This document shows, piece by piece, positions 50,400-59,901 of a stretch of DNA of 64,000 nt; within the stretch, counting starts at the first letter, position 1, and each line of letters begins with the position of its first letter. The translations under genes and the position numbers were made by a program. The notes under the pieces were generated by a model. That model saw only the letters and a program-made list of their open reading frames with translations. It was not told the origin of the DNA and did not search any database. The DNA comes from Thermoprotei archaeon (GTDB lineage: Archaea > Thermoproteota > Thermoprotei > Thermoproteales > B15-G16): NCBI GenBank assembly GCA_003649205.1, contig QMRC01000001.1, positions 128,001 to 192,000 of the forward strand. The letters are read 5' to 3'.

Positions 50400-52157
50400 T
50401 TACACCAGTAACTTTACACCGAAGTCCCTGAGCAACCTAGTAACAACCTCTCTAACCTCCTCCGGAGTAGAAGCTTCATCAATAAGCTCATCAATTATCG
50501 GCTTTATCTTTGAAACATTGAGTTTTCTAATCACGTACTTAGTCCTACCAACAAAGCTTGGTGATACACTGAGCTTCCTAATACCAATGGATATCAGTAT
50601 AGGTATGGCATAGACATTACTAGTCATCTCACCGCAGATCTCAACATCTAGGCCACACCTCCTAGCTCTCTCAACAACATCCCTAATTAACCTTAGAACA
50701 GCAGGATGAAGTTCACTATAGAGATGAGCTACGCGAGGATTCTCTCTATCTACAGCAAGAACGTATTGCGTCAAGTCATTTGTACCCAAGCTTATAAACT
50801 CTATTGGTCCTGCTTTAACGAACCTATCAAGTAAGATGGCAGCAGCAGGTGTTTCAACCATTATACCGAGCTTTGGTCTCGAATATCTCACACCTTTCTC
50901 TCGAAGTTCATTCTCAACCTCTTCCACGATCTTCATAAACTCCTTAACCTCGATAGGACTTGAAACGAGAGGTAACATAATCCGTAATTTATCACCAACC
51001 CTAGCTGCGAGACGTAGAGTAGCTTCAATAAATGGCTTCAGCAACTCGTCCCTGTACTGAAGCAGAAGCCTAATACCACGAAGGCCAAGTTGAGGATTCG
51101 ATTCAGGTGTTAACTGTAGGAACTTCACAGGTTTATCAGCACCAATATCAAGTGCACGAACTGTTACCTCTCCATCAACTGAGTTCACTATCTCCTCAAG
51201 TACCTTCTCAATATCTTCAGCAGTTGGGGGAGAAGATCTACCCATGTAGACGAACTCCAGACGAAGTATACCAATACCTTCACCACCGTAAGACTTAAGC
51301 ACCTTTGCCTCCTCAATAGAACCTACATTACAGAGGACATGGACTCTAATACCATCTCTAGTCACAGCTTCTTTAAGTGCTTCCTCCCTACATACCCTAC
51401 TCAATTCTCTATACATCGCAATTACGTCACGATACCTCTCAAGAGTACTCTCTCTCGGATTAATTATCAAGACACCATTTATGCAGTCAAGGATACATGT
51501 ATAACCGTCACTCAATGTAGATACGTCGAGATCACTAACTATCAGGTACGGTATTCCATAGCTCCTAGCTAGTATAGCTACATGCGATGTTAAACCACCT
51601 TCTCTTGAGACAATACCACTGATACCACATCGAATTAGGTTCATAAAGTCTAGTGGTAGTATCTTATCAGCAACAACAACCTTACCCCTCAGAAGCTTTA
51701 CTTCCTTCTCGTAGACCCCCATCAAAATACCTATCAACCTTGTAGCTAGATCCTCCAAATCGTGAACTCTAAGAGCAATAGTAGAGCTGCTAGCCTCCTT
51801 AAGCTGTTTAGCATATCTTTCAAATACATTCTTCACAGCTACCTCAGCCCTAATTCCTTCAGAGAGTATAAGCTCGGTAGCTTCAGCTACTAACGCTTCT
51901 AACATCATGACCTCAGCATCAAGTAGATCCTTTTCCTCCTCTGGTGCAGACTCCTTAAGCTTCTCAAGCTCCTCCATTAACCTCTTCTTCGCTCTCTCAA
52001 GTCTATCTACCTCAGCATTCACATCACGAACCTTCTCACTCTCAATAGCACCCTCCAAGACTACTTTCCGTTTAAGAACAGCAATAGCACTGTACGTCAA
52101 ACCTGGTGAAGCTACTAATCCCCTATAGATCCTCTCCACATCAACACCTCCAAACAC
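50400..52157 (-). CDS. ptsI: PTS enzyme I
   Basis: GGLTSHVAILAR (phospho-His), RALDIGADK, NPQLGLRGIR, MVETP, GTNDLTQY, CGEM. Confidence 0.95.
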   Translation of the reverse strand: MFGGVDVERIYRGLVASPGLTYSAIAVLKRKVVLEGAIESEKVRDVNAEVDRLERAKKRLMEELEKLKESAPEEEKDLLDAEVMMLEALVAEATELILSEGIRAEVAVKNVFERYAKQLKEASSSTIALRVHDLEDLATRLIGILMGVYEKEVKLLRGKVVVADKILPLDFMNLIRCGISGIVSREGGLTSHVAILARSYGIPYLIVSDLDVSTLSDGYTCILDCINGVLIINPRESTLERYRDVIAMYRELSRVCREEALKEAVTRDGIRVHVLCNVGSIEEAKVLKSYGGEGIGILRLEFVYMGRSSPPTAEDIEKVLEEIVNSVDGEVTVRALDIGADKPVKFLQLTPESNPQLGLRGIRLLLQYRDELLKPFIEATLRLAARVGDKLRIMLPLVSSPIEVKEFMKIVEEVENELREKGVRYSRPKLGIMVETPAAAILLDRFVKAGPIEFISLGTNDLTQYVLAVDRENPRVAHLYSELHPAVLRLIRDVVERARRCGLDVEICGEMTSNVYAIPILISIGIRKLSVSPSFVGRTKYVIRKLNVSKIKPIIDELIDEASTPEEVREVVTRLLRDFGVKLLV

Positions 52158-52187
52158 TGGAATTACAATTGAGGTGGAGAACTCAGC

Positions 52188-52203
52188 GTCTCAATCATGA
52201 GAC
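52188..52203. promoter_or_regulatory. Palindrome between divergent ptsI and EIIA
   Basis: GTCTCA-ATCA-TGAGAC. Confidence 0.4.
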
Positions 52204-52280
52204 AGTTACTCGAGTTAAAGTACTTATTTATATTCACTTACACTTAACACCTCTCTGAAGTGTAGACAAGGTGTTGAGTC

Positions 52281-52709
52281 ATGACCGGCGTAGTAATTGT
52301 ATCACATGGTAGGTTTGTTGATGGGATACTCGACTCTGTAAGGATGCTCCTAGGCTCTGATGTACTGAATAAGGTCACTAGCGTCGTATTGACTGAAATG
52401 GATTCTGTTGAAGGGCTTGTACAGAGAGTTAAGGAAGCTATTGAGAAGGTAAGAGATGAAAATGGAGTACTTGTATTAGTTGATCTCTTTGGTGGTACAC
52501 CATCGAGAGCAGCTGCCATGATAGTTATTGAGAACCCTAATGTTGAGGTAGTAGCTGGACTCAACTTACCAATGCTACTACAAGTCCTTCTAAATCTAGA
52601 TAAACCTGCTAATGAACTTGCAAAGCTAGCTGTTGAAGCAGGTAGGGAAGGGATAATACATGTAAGCGAGAGAATTAGGGAACAAGTACTGAAGACTAAG
52701 GAGCAGTAA
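52281..52709 (+). CDS. PTS mannose-family EIIA
   Basis: VSHG, VDLFGGTP, GLNLPML. Confidence 0.93.
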   Translation: MTGVVIVSHGRFVDGILDSVRMLLGSDVLNKVTSVVLTEMDSVEGLVQRVKEAIEKVRDENGVLVLVDLFGGTPSRAAAMIVIENPNVEVVAGLNLPMLLQVLLNLDKPANELAKLAVEAGREGIIHVSERIREQVLKTKEQ

Positions 52710-52721
52710 CCCACTAGGTAT

Positions 52722-53225
52722 CTAGGCCTTGACCAGACCTTTACTCTTTAGTAGCTCATAGAAGTCCTGAGCTTTTTCACTGGGAAGCATCTGGTACACT
52801 AATCTAATACCCATCCTCACCATCTCTTCAAAAGCCTTGACATCATCCATATCAACAGCAAAGCTCTTAACAACGAGAACCTTACCCTCTTTCCAAGCAC
52901 TTTGCCCAACATTAACCCAATCTATACGTAGATTACTCTCTTTAATTAGCTTCAGACAGGTAGTTGCTTTAGCTACAATTATCATTATATTGCTCCTCTC
53001 GTCAAAATTTCGGTTTCGAATCTTCTCAATAGCTTCACTGACCTTTAGCACCTCAACCTTCGTATTTGGTGGTGCGAGTGCAATCTGAAGCTGCTTCAGT
53101 ATAGGGTTTGAAGCTATAGTATCGTCAACGACCCAAATCTCATTTATGCCATATGCATTGACCCAACCAACAGTAACCTGACCGTGGATGTACCTATCAT
53201 CTATTCTTATCAACTTAATAGGCAT
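52722..53225 (-). CDS. PTS mannose-family EIIB
   Basis: RIDDRYIHGQV. Confidence 0.93.
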   Translation of the reverse strand: MPIKLIRIDDRYIHGQVTVGWVNAYGINEIWVVDDTIASNPILKQLQIALAPPNTKVEVLKVSEAIEKIRNRNFDERSNIMIIVAKATTCLKLIKESNLRIDWVNVGQSAWKEGKVLVVKSFAVDMDDVKAFEEMVRMGIRLVYQMLPSEKAQDFYELLKSKGLVKA

Positions 53226-53327
53226 AGTAACTCAACTCCACGCTCTTTAAAGAGGTAGGAAGCGAGTAGGGGAATTAAAATTTAGGTTAAGTATTAAGGA
53301 AGGAAAAGATAAGGGGTTATAGGTGGC

Positions 53328-55073
53328 TTAGCCAGGTGCTAGGACGCCTATCAGTCCAAGTACGAAACCAATTACGAAGTACAGCCCAAGTACCTTTATC
53401 GGTGAAATACCCTTCTTCATCAATGCAAATGCTCCTAGGAAGAATGCCAGTGGTATTAATCTAGGCATTATCTTATCGATACACTCCTGTATTGATATTG
53501 CTGCACCCTTCATACCAACAATCTGTAATGGTACCTTAACATTTACGTAGGTTACACCTAAAGCAGCAATAACTGCAACTGCTAAAGCGGCTAGTGCTGT
53601 TCTGATAATCTCTATTCTACCTGTCCTTAGTATAGTTGCAATACTTAGGCCATACTTGTAACCGTAGTACAGTAGAAGCCAACCAACGATGAACACAACT
53701 GGTATCCAAAGTACTGCTGCTACAACTGGTCCTACGAAACCTGCAGTCATAGCTAGTGATGCACCTATACCAAAGGCAATTGGTCTCCAGGTGAACCAGA
53801 AAATACCATCACCGAGACCAGCTAGTGGTCCCATGAGTGATGTCTTGATGCCACGAACGGTCTCCATGTCTGCTCCACTCTCTTCTAGTGCAGCGTCTAT
53901 ACCTACGATCAGTGGTATCATAACTGGGTTTGTGTTGAAGAACTCATTGTGCATCTTCATCCAAGTCTTCAATTCATCCGGTGTCTTCCTCAGTTTCTTC
54001 TCTATGTGAGTCATGATGAAAGCGTAAGCTGAACCTTGCATTCTCTCGTAGTTCCAAGCCCATTGTGACGCAAAAGCAATCTTGAGAAATGTCTTCACTA
54101 AGTCCTTCTTAGTGAGAACACGCTGCCCTTCTGTAGGTGTGGCAGTAGTTGGTGCTGCAGCTCTAATAGCCTCCCAAAGTTCTTTGCGCCAAACAAGGAA
54201 TATTAGACCTGCAACCAGTAATGCAACACCTAAGATGGGTAGCTTTAGGTAGGCTATGAGGACGTAACCTAGTATCAACCATGGAAGCATTTCACTAGTG
54301 TAGAGTAGCTTTAGCAACCAACCTAGACCAATAGCAGGCATTAACCAACCTGCGACGCCAAGTGCGGTGAAAATCTTCTTCACTATTGGTGTATTGACGA
54401 AGGTCCTCAACGTCTCCACTGCCTGTGGACTCATGCCCAATGCCGCAAATGCGACAACTGGGATCAGGTACGCTATAAACCACTGGAATGTACCTAGAGC
54501 AACTACTGGTCCAATAGCACTAATATTACCTGAATCAATGAGCCTATCAACTAGGTGTGAGTAACCAACACAACCCATTCTAGCTAAGACAACCTCTATG
54601 TACATAGCTAGTAGACCTATTGGAACTACCAGAGCTACTATGCTAGAGAGAGCTTCTGTCGTAACCTCAGTAATACCTAGGATCTTTGCAAACATCACTG
54701 CTACGATTGTTGCAACCCAAGCACAGGGTGCAGCAGCACCACCAATAGGGAAGACACCTAGGTACACTAGCTCTAACATTGCTGATAGGACGAGAGCGAC
54801 TTCAGGAATACCGAGTATGAATCCAGCGATAGTACCTATGAGGAGTGGTTCAGTGAATCCTAGTGGGTTAAAGCCAAGAAATGTATAGACAATTACTAGC
54901 AGCAATGCAGCAAGGCCAGCTAGCTGCAGTGGTGTGATTACGACACCAGCTTGCGTTGGTGATGGTAGGAATGTATTGAGTCCTAGAACTGGTTTAGCTA
55001 AGGCTAGTGTCAAGAGTATTAGGCAGAGGGTAGAGATGTATAGCTTACCATTAGTACGTATTTGCGCGATCAT
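53328..55073 (-). CDS. PTS mannose-family fused EIIC-EIID
   Basis: IIC: LELVYLG..IGGA, MPAIG; IID: WNYERMQ, FFNTNP, MGPLAGLGD. Confidence 0.92.
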   Translation of the reverse strand: MIAQIRTNGKLYISTLCLILLTLALAKPVLGLNTFLPSPTQAGVVITPLQLAGLAALLLVIVYTFLGFNPLGFTEPLLIGTIAGFILGIPEVALVLSAMLELVYLGVFPIGGAAAPCAWVATIVAVMFAKILGITEVTTEALSSIVALVVPIGLLAMYIEVVLARMGCVGYSHLVDRLIDSGNISAIGPVVALGTFQWFIAYLIPVVAFAALGMSPQAVETLRTFVNTPIVKKIFTALGVAGWLMPAIGLGWLLKLLYTSEMLPWLILGYVLIAYLKLPILGVALLVAGLIFLVWRKELWEAIRAAAPTTATPTEGQRVLTKKDLVKTFLKIAFASQWAWNYERMQGSAYAFIMTHIEKKLRKTPDELKTWMKMHNEFFNTNPVMIPLIVGIDAALEESGADMETVRGIKTSLMGPLAGLGDGIFWFTWRPIAFGIGASLAMTAGFVGPVVAAVLWIPVVFIVGWLLLYYGYKYGLSIATILRTGRIEIIRTALAALAVAVIAALGVTYVNVKVPLQIVGMKGAAISIQECIDKIMPRLIPLAFFLGAFALMKKGISPIKVLGLYFVIGFVLGLIGVLAPG

Positions 55074-55196
55074 CGGGGGAAAAGTAGTAATATTGACGTT
55101 TTTATAGATTTAATGATACTACCCTGTCAAGTGATGAAATAAATTTAGAGAGATAGGTAACCGTGTAAGTACTTGAGTACTAATTGAGGGGTCAGC

Positions 55197-55475
55197 ATGA
55201 CTGTGGAAGCTAGTTTCAAGATCCTAAATAGGTTAGGTCTACATGCTAGGCCAGCTGCACTATTCGTTAAGACCTGTCGTAAATTTAAGTCGAAGATAGT
55301 GATCTTCAAGGGTGATAGAATGGCGGATGCAAAGAATATACTTCAAGTACTTGCACTTGATGTAAACCAAGGAGATGAGATAAAGGTAGTTATTGAGGGT
55401 GAAGACGAGAAGGAAGCCTATATGGAGATAGAGAATCTTATCAAGAAGGTACTACCTGAGGTAGATAGAGGATAG
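55197..55475 (+). CDS. ptsH: Phosphocarrier HPr
   Basis: GLHARPAA, DAKN, EGEDE. Confidence 0.95.
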   Translation: MTVEASFKILNRLGLHARPAALFVKTCRKFKSKIVIFKGDRMADAKNILQVLALDVNQGDEIKVVIEGEDEKEAYMEIENLIKKVLPEVDRG

Positions 55476-55514
55476 TGTTCAGTACTTGAAGAGTATTGCA
55501 GACATGAATCATAC

Positions 55515-56798
55515 ATGAATCATAAACGAAATTTAAGTTGGGACAACGTGGATCAGTTAGGTGATTCCCTCTTGAGTCTTTCATTGAGGATAAAAGACAT
55601 CGGTCCTGTATCGGAGTTAAGAGGCGAACTTCCTAGACTAACTGTAGTGTATGGGAGAGTAGGCTCTGGTAAGAGCTACATCTTCAGAATATTGACACTA
55701 CTACACCTAGCTCACCAGCTAGCAGAGCTGTGGGGTTTTAGGAAGGGAGGAAGGGAGGACTATGCTAAGGCATTAGCTAGATTAGTTATGTTGGAGTGTG
55801 GTCATTTTGAAGAGGCTTTCTCTGTTGATCCAGAAGTCTTGAGAACTCAGTACGTACCTCATTTCCTTCTGAAGAGAGGTATGGAGAGAGGTACCTACGA
55901 GGTACTTACTTCAGGTAATTTCCTCGCAAGACTTGAGGTATTAAAGAAAGGTATGGACTTAGAGCTTGGAGATGAGTTTAGTGAGTACGTCATTGTGACC
56001 ATACCACAGGAGAGGAATCCAGTACTGATACAGCGCGATTTAGAGACTTTCTCAGCTCGCTTAAGGAAATTGTATGAGAGGTGGGGAACCAGTATACCAA
56101 TACGTCAGCAGGCTTACCTAGCACTTACCTCTGAACTAATGCGGAGAAGTCCTGTCTACATGCACTACCTCATGAATTTACTAGTTGCTACATCCTTTTT
56201 CCTAGAAGAGCGAGAGGTTGAATGTATTGAGCTTGGTAGAGATCATAGACTCAAGCTACTTGTTCACGACATTGGTGAGGTCCTGATATGTGATGAGTAT
56301 TCAACAGGGTCCAGCTACTATGACCTTGAGACACCACTCGTACTTCCTCAAGGAGCAATTGACTACCTACTACTCACACTACTACTCAAAGCTCTTAGAA
56401 AGGCCGCGAGGGAAGTACGTGGTATCAAGTTTTTCCTCGTAGTTGATGAATTCATGGCACACGCAGATCCATTACTAACGATGAAGGCACTAGACCTGGT
56501 TCTCGAGATACTTTACAGTGAGGAGAGAATAAGCATAGTTCTTGTAACTCACAATCCAGATGTAGTGAGTAGGTTACTGAACATCCTTCAGCATAGTAAG
56601 GAGTTCAGAGAGAGATTACTGAATCAAGTAAAGTTCCTCTACCTCGAGTACTTGTCCGAAAAACAGGGAGTAGTAGGCCAATTCTCAGGATTGAAGTTAG
56701 AGGACAATGTTGTGTTACCCGAAAGAGAAATACCTTGGTTAGAGGAGTATACACGGAAACTCACATCACCTACCGAAATACCGAAGGTACCTAGTTGA
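55515..56798 (+). CDS. Soluble ABC-type ATPase (AAA_15/AAA_21-like)
   Basis: IKDIGP, GRVGSGKS, LPQG, LVVDEFMAHADP, VTHN. Confidence 0.8.
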   Translation: MNHKRNLSWDNVDQLGDSLLSLSLRIKDIGPVSELRGELPRLTVVYGRVGSGKSYIFRILTLLHLAHQLAELWGFRKGGREDYAKALARLVMLECGHFEEAFSVDPEVLRTQYVPHFLLKRGMERGTYEVLTSGNFLARLEVLKKGMDLELGDEFSEYVIVTIPQERNPVLIQRDLETFSARLRKLYERWGTSIPIRQQAYLALTSELMRRSPVYMHYLMNLLVATSFFLEEREVECIELGRDHRLKLLVHDIGEVLICDEYSTGSSYYDLETPLVLPQGAIDYLLLTLLLKALRKAAREVRGIKFFLVVDEFMAHADPLLTMKALDLVLEILYSEERISIVLVTHNPDVVSRLLNILQHSKEFRERLLNQVKFLYLEYLSEKQGVVGQFSGLKLEDNVVLPEREIPWLEEYTRKLTSPTEIPKVPS

Positions 56799-56807
56799 GG
56801 TACCTAA

Positions 56808-57239
56808 ATGAGTCTCGTGCTCGATGCATCAGCATTTAAAATACTTGCAAAGCAGAGAAACCTATACGACTTATGTAGGATGTTAAGTGAACTAAGTAGA
56901 AGAGATGGTCGAAGATACATGATTTTGGTACCGAATTCGCTACTTAAGCTATATGAGCGATTAGTTCCAAGGCTTAGATTTGAACCTCGAATATTGAAGA
57001 GAAGCATCCCATTAGCTATTCCAGAAGCTCAGCAGTATCGAAGCAATAGGCTCTTTCAACAGCTTCTACGTGATTTAACTGAATTCTTTAGATCTGAAAA
57101 GCATACTGGTGCTGAGGAAGATGCTGAGTGGCTAGCAACAGCATTGATGTACCACATAGAGTACATAAAGGATGGAGACTTCCTCGTCATAACTCATGGT
57201 GAGTACGAGTATAGACGATTTGCATCAGCAAAAAACTAA
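56808..57239 (+). CDS. PIN-domain-like protein
   Basis: LVLDASAF, EEDAEWLATA, LVIT. Confidence 0.65.
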   Translation: MSLVLDASAFKILAKQRNLYDLCRMLSELSRRDGRRYMILVPNSLLKLYERLVPRLRFEPRILKRSIPLAIPEAQQYRSNRLFQQLLRDLTEFFRSEKHTGAEEDAEWLATALMYHIEYIKDGDFLVITHGEYEYRRFASAKN

Positions 57240-57846
57240 TCGAGCACAGGATACAGCAACTAGGAGAAGCTCACTGGCAACCATGTTGGTACAAAGTTGA
57301 GCACCTCTAGACCTCAGTAATCAGTACAAGTAAGAGAATTATCAGCATCTAACTTAACTTCAAACCATGTATAGGGTTTCGAGCAATGACCACAAAGCTT
57401 ACACAGCACTCAAGTACCTGTGACATTAGGTATGTAAGTAATCGCTATCTCTCTGAACTTAAGCTCACAAACTCCAGCACAAGCAACTCTCTGAACATTC
57501 TACACCATGCCTATGACAATAATGCACTAGCTACGCGTAAGACCCAGGCACATAATCCTGGGATTTAACCTCTTCACTTCCCTTACTTTACTAACCTCAA
57601 CATGCCTATGTAATTCAGTATCGTTACAGGTAGTAGGACCGTGAGCCTCCAAGTATTCAAGTAGGTATTCAGGGTAATTCCTGTAATTTTTGATTGAGTT
57701 CCCATTAGATAGCAGGTCTCTTCATATAGCTTGTCTGTATCACATACCCAGCATTTAAAGCACCTTGCTAACAGGAGTTGCTTGGCAGGAACTGTCGCCT
57801 CTTAGCAAGCTTGAAGTTAGGAAGTGTGTGTTAGGTGTAGGGGGTT

Positions 57847-57924
57847 TGGCGCCCCGGCCGGGATTTGAACCCGGGTCGGCGGAGTGACAGTCCGCCATAC
57901 TAGACCAGGCTATACGACCGGGGC
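57847..57924 (-). tRNA. tRNA-Asp(GTC)
   Basis: GCGGA-CTGTCAC-TCCGC, encoded CCA. Confidence 0.95.
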
Positions 57925-58135
57925 TGTTACGTCGTCTACCATATCTCCCTACTGCGTTTTTATTCGTTACTTCATGAATTCCCTTTACTTTGCTATGTGT
58001 CTTGCTTCATTTCAGCTGCTCAGTTCACGCATTAGTTTGTTTTTGTTTTTCTGTATTTCTTTTGGTGTTCTGTCTCTGTGATGTACCTTGTTTTTGGTCA
58101 TTGTTTTGTGTGGTGTTTCGTCCTTGGTTTCTTGT

Positions 58136-58948
58136 ATGGTTGTTCTTGTTGTTGGTTTTGATCCTGGTCTTAAGTCGTATGGTTATGCTGTTGTTTGTCG
58201 TAGGTTTGATGTTGTTTTGAGGTTTTGTGATCTTCTTTGTCGTAGGGGTGTTTCTCCTGTTTTGGTTTGTCGTATTGGTGGTTTTGGTGTTGTTGCTGGT
58301 GCTCTTGAGGTTAGTAACTACGTTGATCCTAGGGATTTCGTTGTTGAGTTCTTGCTGAGGTTTAGGGATTATGTTTCTCGTGGTTCTGATGTTGTTCCTC
58401 ATTATCGTTACTGTGGTTTTAATTGGTTGATTCCTCATTCTCTTCTACATGATTTGGGGATCTACGTTGTATCTCCTTCGAGATTGAATAGGGTTATTAG
58501 GTGTGCTCTATCTACTTGGTTTAGGAAGTACAAGTATTGTCTGAGGTGTGTTCTTGGTCATCTCTTCTGGTCGTTGTCTAGGCTCTATCACTTCTATAGG
58601 TCTAGGGATGTTGTTGAGATTGTTGTTGCTAGTGAGAGTATCAAGTACGTTTATGCTGGTGGTGAGGAGCTGTATACTAGGTATGTGTGGAGGAGCGTTG
58701 CTAGGATAGCGACTGCAATGTTTAGGTACTGTGTAGCTGGATTCAGTAGGACTGTTATTCTCGATAATCGTACTGTTATGCGACTTGTTAAGCGTTGTCC
58801 TCTCTGTTTAACTAGGTTACGTAGGAAGAGAGCTAGGTACCTTAGTTGTCCCAGGTGTGGTGTTATGCTTCATAGAGATGTTGTTGATGCTGTTAATTAT
58901 GGTGTCTACGTTGCTCGTATGCTTTGTGATGAGCGATCGGAGCGCTGA
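58136..58948 (+). CDS. Truncated TnpB-like RuvC plus Zn-finger protein
   Basis: VGFDPG, IVVASE, CPLC..CPRCG, LHRDVVDAVN; ATG at 58136. Confidence 0.78.
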   Translation: MVVLVVGFDPGLKSYGYAVVCRRFDVVLRFCDLLCRRGVSPVLVCRIGGFGVVAGALEVSNYVDPRDFVVEFLLRFRDYVSRGSDVVPHYRYCGFNWLIPHSLLHDLGIYVVSPSRLNRVIRCALSTWFRKYKYCLRCVLGHLFWSLSRLYHFYRSRDVVEIVVASESIKYVYAGGEELYTRYVWRSVARIATAMFRYCVAGFSRTVILDNRTVMRLVKRCPLCLTRLRRKRARYLSCPRCGVMLHRDVVDAVNYGVYVARMLCDERSER

Positions 58949-59033
58949 GGAGGTGATGATGCATTGCTGACCTAGCTAATTTTCCGCACCCGAGAGGTGC
59001 GGGGGCGATCAGTCCGCCGTCTGAACTCTTTTT
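58926..59033 (+). ncRNA. Putative structured RNA (C/D-box motifs plus IS605 right-end-like hairpin)
   Basis: GTGATGA-12 nt-CTGA-GGAGG-TGATGA..CTGA; CCGCACC-CGAGA-GGTGCGG; TCAG; CTGA; T-run. Confidence 0.6.
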
Positions 59034-59055
59034 ACTAACTGACTGACTGTGTGTT

Positions 59056-59865
59056 GTGGTGATGCTCATGGTCTTGCTGTGGCTTCTCGGTACTGGTGCT
59101 GCTGAGGGTATTCCTGTTCATGGCTGTCACTGTACTGCATGTATGGAGGCTAGGAGGAATCCGCTGTATAGGAGGAGACAGGCGACTTACCTCGTTGATA
59201 CAGGTAACTTAGTGATGTTACTTGATTGTGGTTCTCAGGAGGTTGTTCATAGGGAGCTTCTCGATGTTGAGATTGATTACGTCTTTATATCTCATCCTCA
59301 CTTAGATCACGTAACTGGTATACATGATCTTAGGTGGAGTAAGCAGAGTAAGCAACCTACTTTGGTCATTAACCGTAGGTTCATGTACTGTGATGAGATG
59401 ACTTACCTAATACCTAGGTTGAGGATCTTCTCTGTTGAATACTATGAGGAAGGTAGTGTGTATAGGTTGTGTGATGGTACTAGGATCACTCCCATTAGGT
59501 TGAGGCACGGTGATTTACCTACGTATGGCTTCCTCATCGATTGTGGTAAGGTTATTGCGTATCTTCTCGATACGAAGGGTCTTCCTCAGGAATCTCTGAA
59601 GTTGCTTAGAGAGTACAGTATTGATGTTGCTCTAGTTGACTCTACATTTGGTAGTGGATACGTAAGTGATGCTCACAATACCGTTGTTGATGCTCTTGAG
59701 TTCTCACGTATGCTCAATGTTAGGAAGCTCGTGTTGACCCACATCTCGCACAATGTTACAGGTGGTATGAGAGAGATTGAGGAGCTTGCTAGGAGGTACG
59801 TGAAGGAGCTCTCAGTTAACTGTGAGATTTTAATTGCTCTCGATGGTATGGAGATTCACCTATAG
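59056..59865 (+). CDS. PhnP-like metallo-beta-lactamase-fold hydrolase
   Basis: GTGAAEGIP..CHCTAC, SHPHLDH, THISH. Confidence 0.88.
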   Translation: MVMLMVLLWLLGTGAAEGIPVHGCHCTACMEARRNPLYRRRQATYLVDTGNLVMLLDCGSQEVVHRELLDVEIDYVFISHPHLDHVTGIHDLRWSKQSKQPTLVINRRFMYCDEMTYLIPRLRIFSVEYYEEGSVYRLCDGTRITPIRLRHGDLPTYGFLIDCGKVIAYLLDTKGLPQESLKLLREYSIDVALVDSTFGSGYVSDAHNTVVDALEFSRMLNVRKLVLTHISHNVTGGMREIEELARRYVKELSVNCEILIALDGMEIHL

Positions 59866-59901
59866 TAGCAAACTTTTTATACTTGTAATACATGTATTAC
59901 A

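Noticed and set aside
58025-58438. 137 aa N/T/K-rich minus-strand ORF
   Set aside because: Shadow of the G/T-rich strand, which lacks stops for compositional reasons
58949-59055. CRISPR array or TIGR-like array beside the RuvC gene
   Set aside because: Only one set of boxes and one hairpin; no regularly spaced repeats seen anywhere in the window
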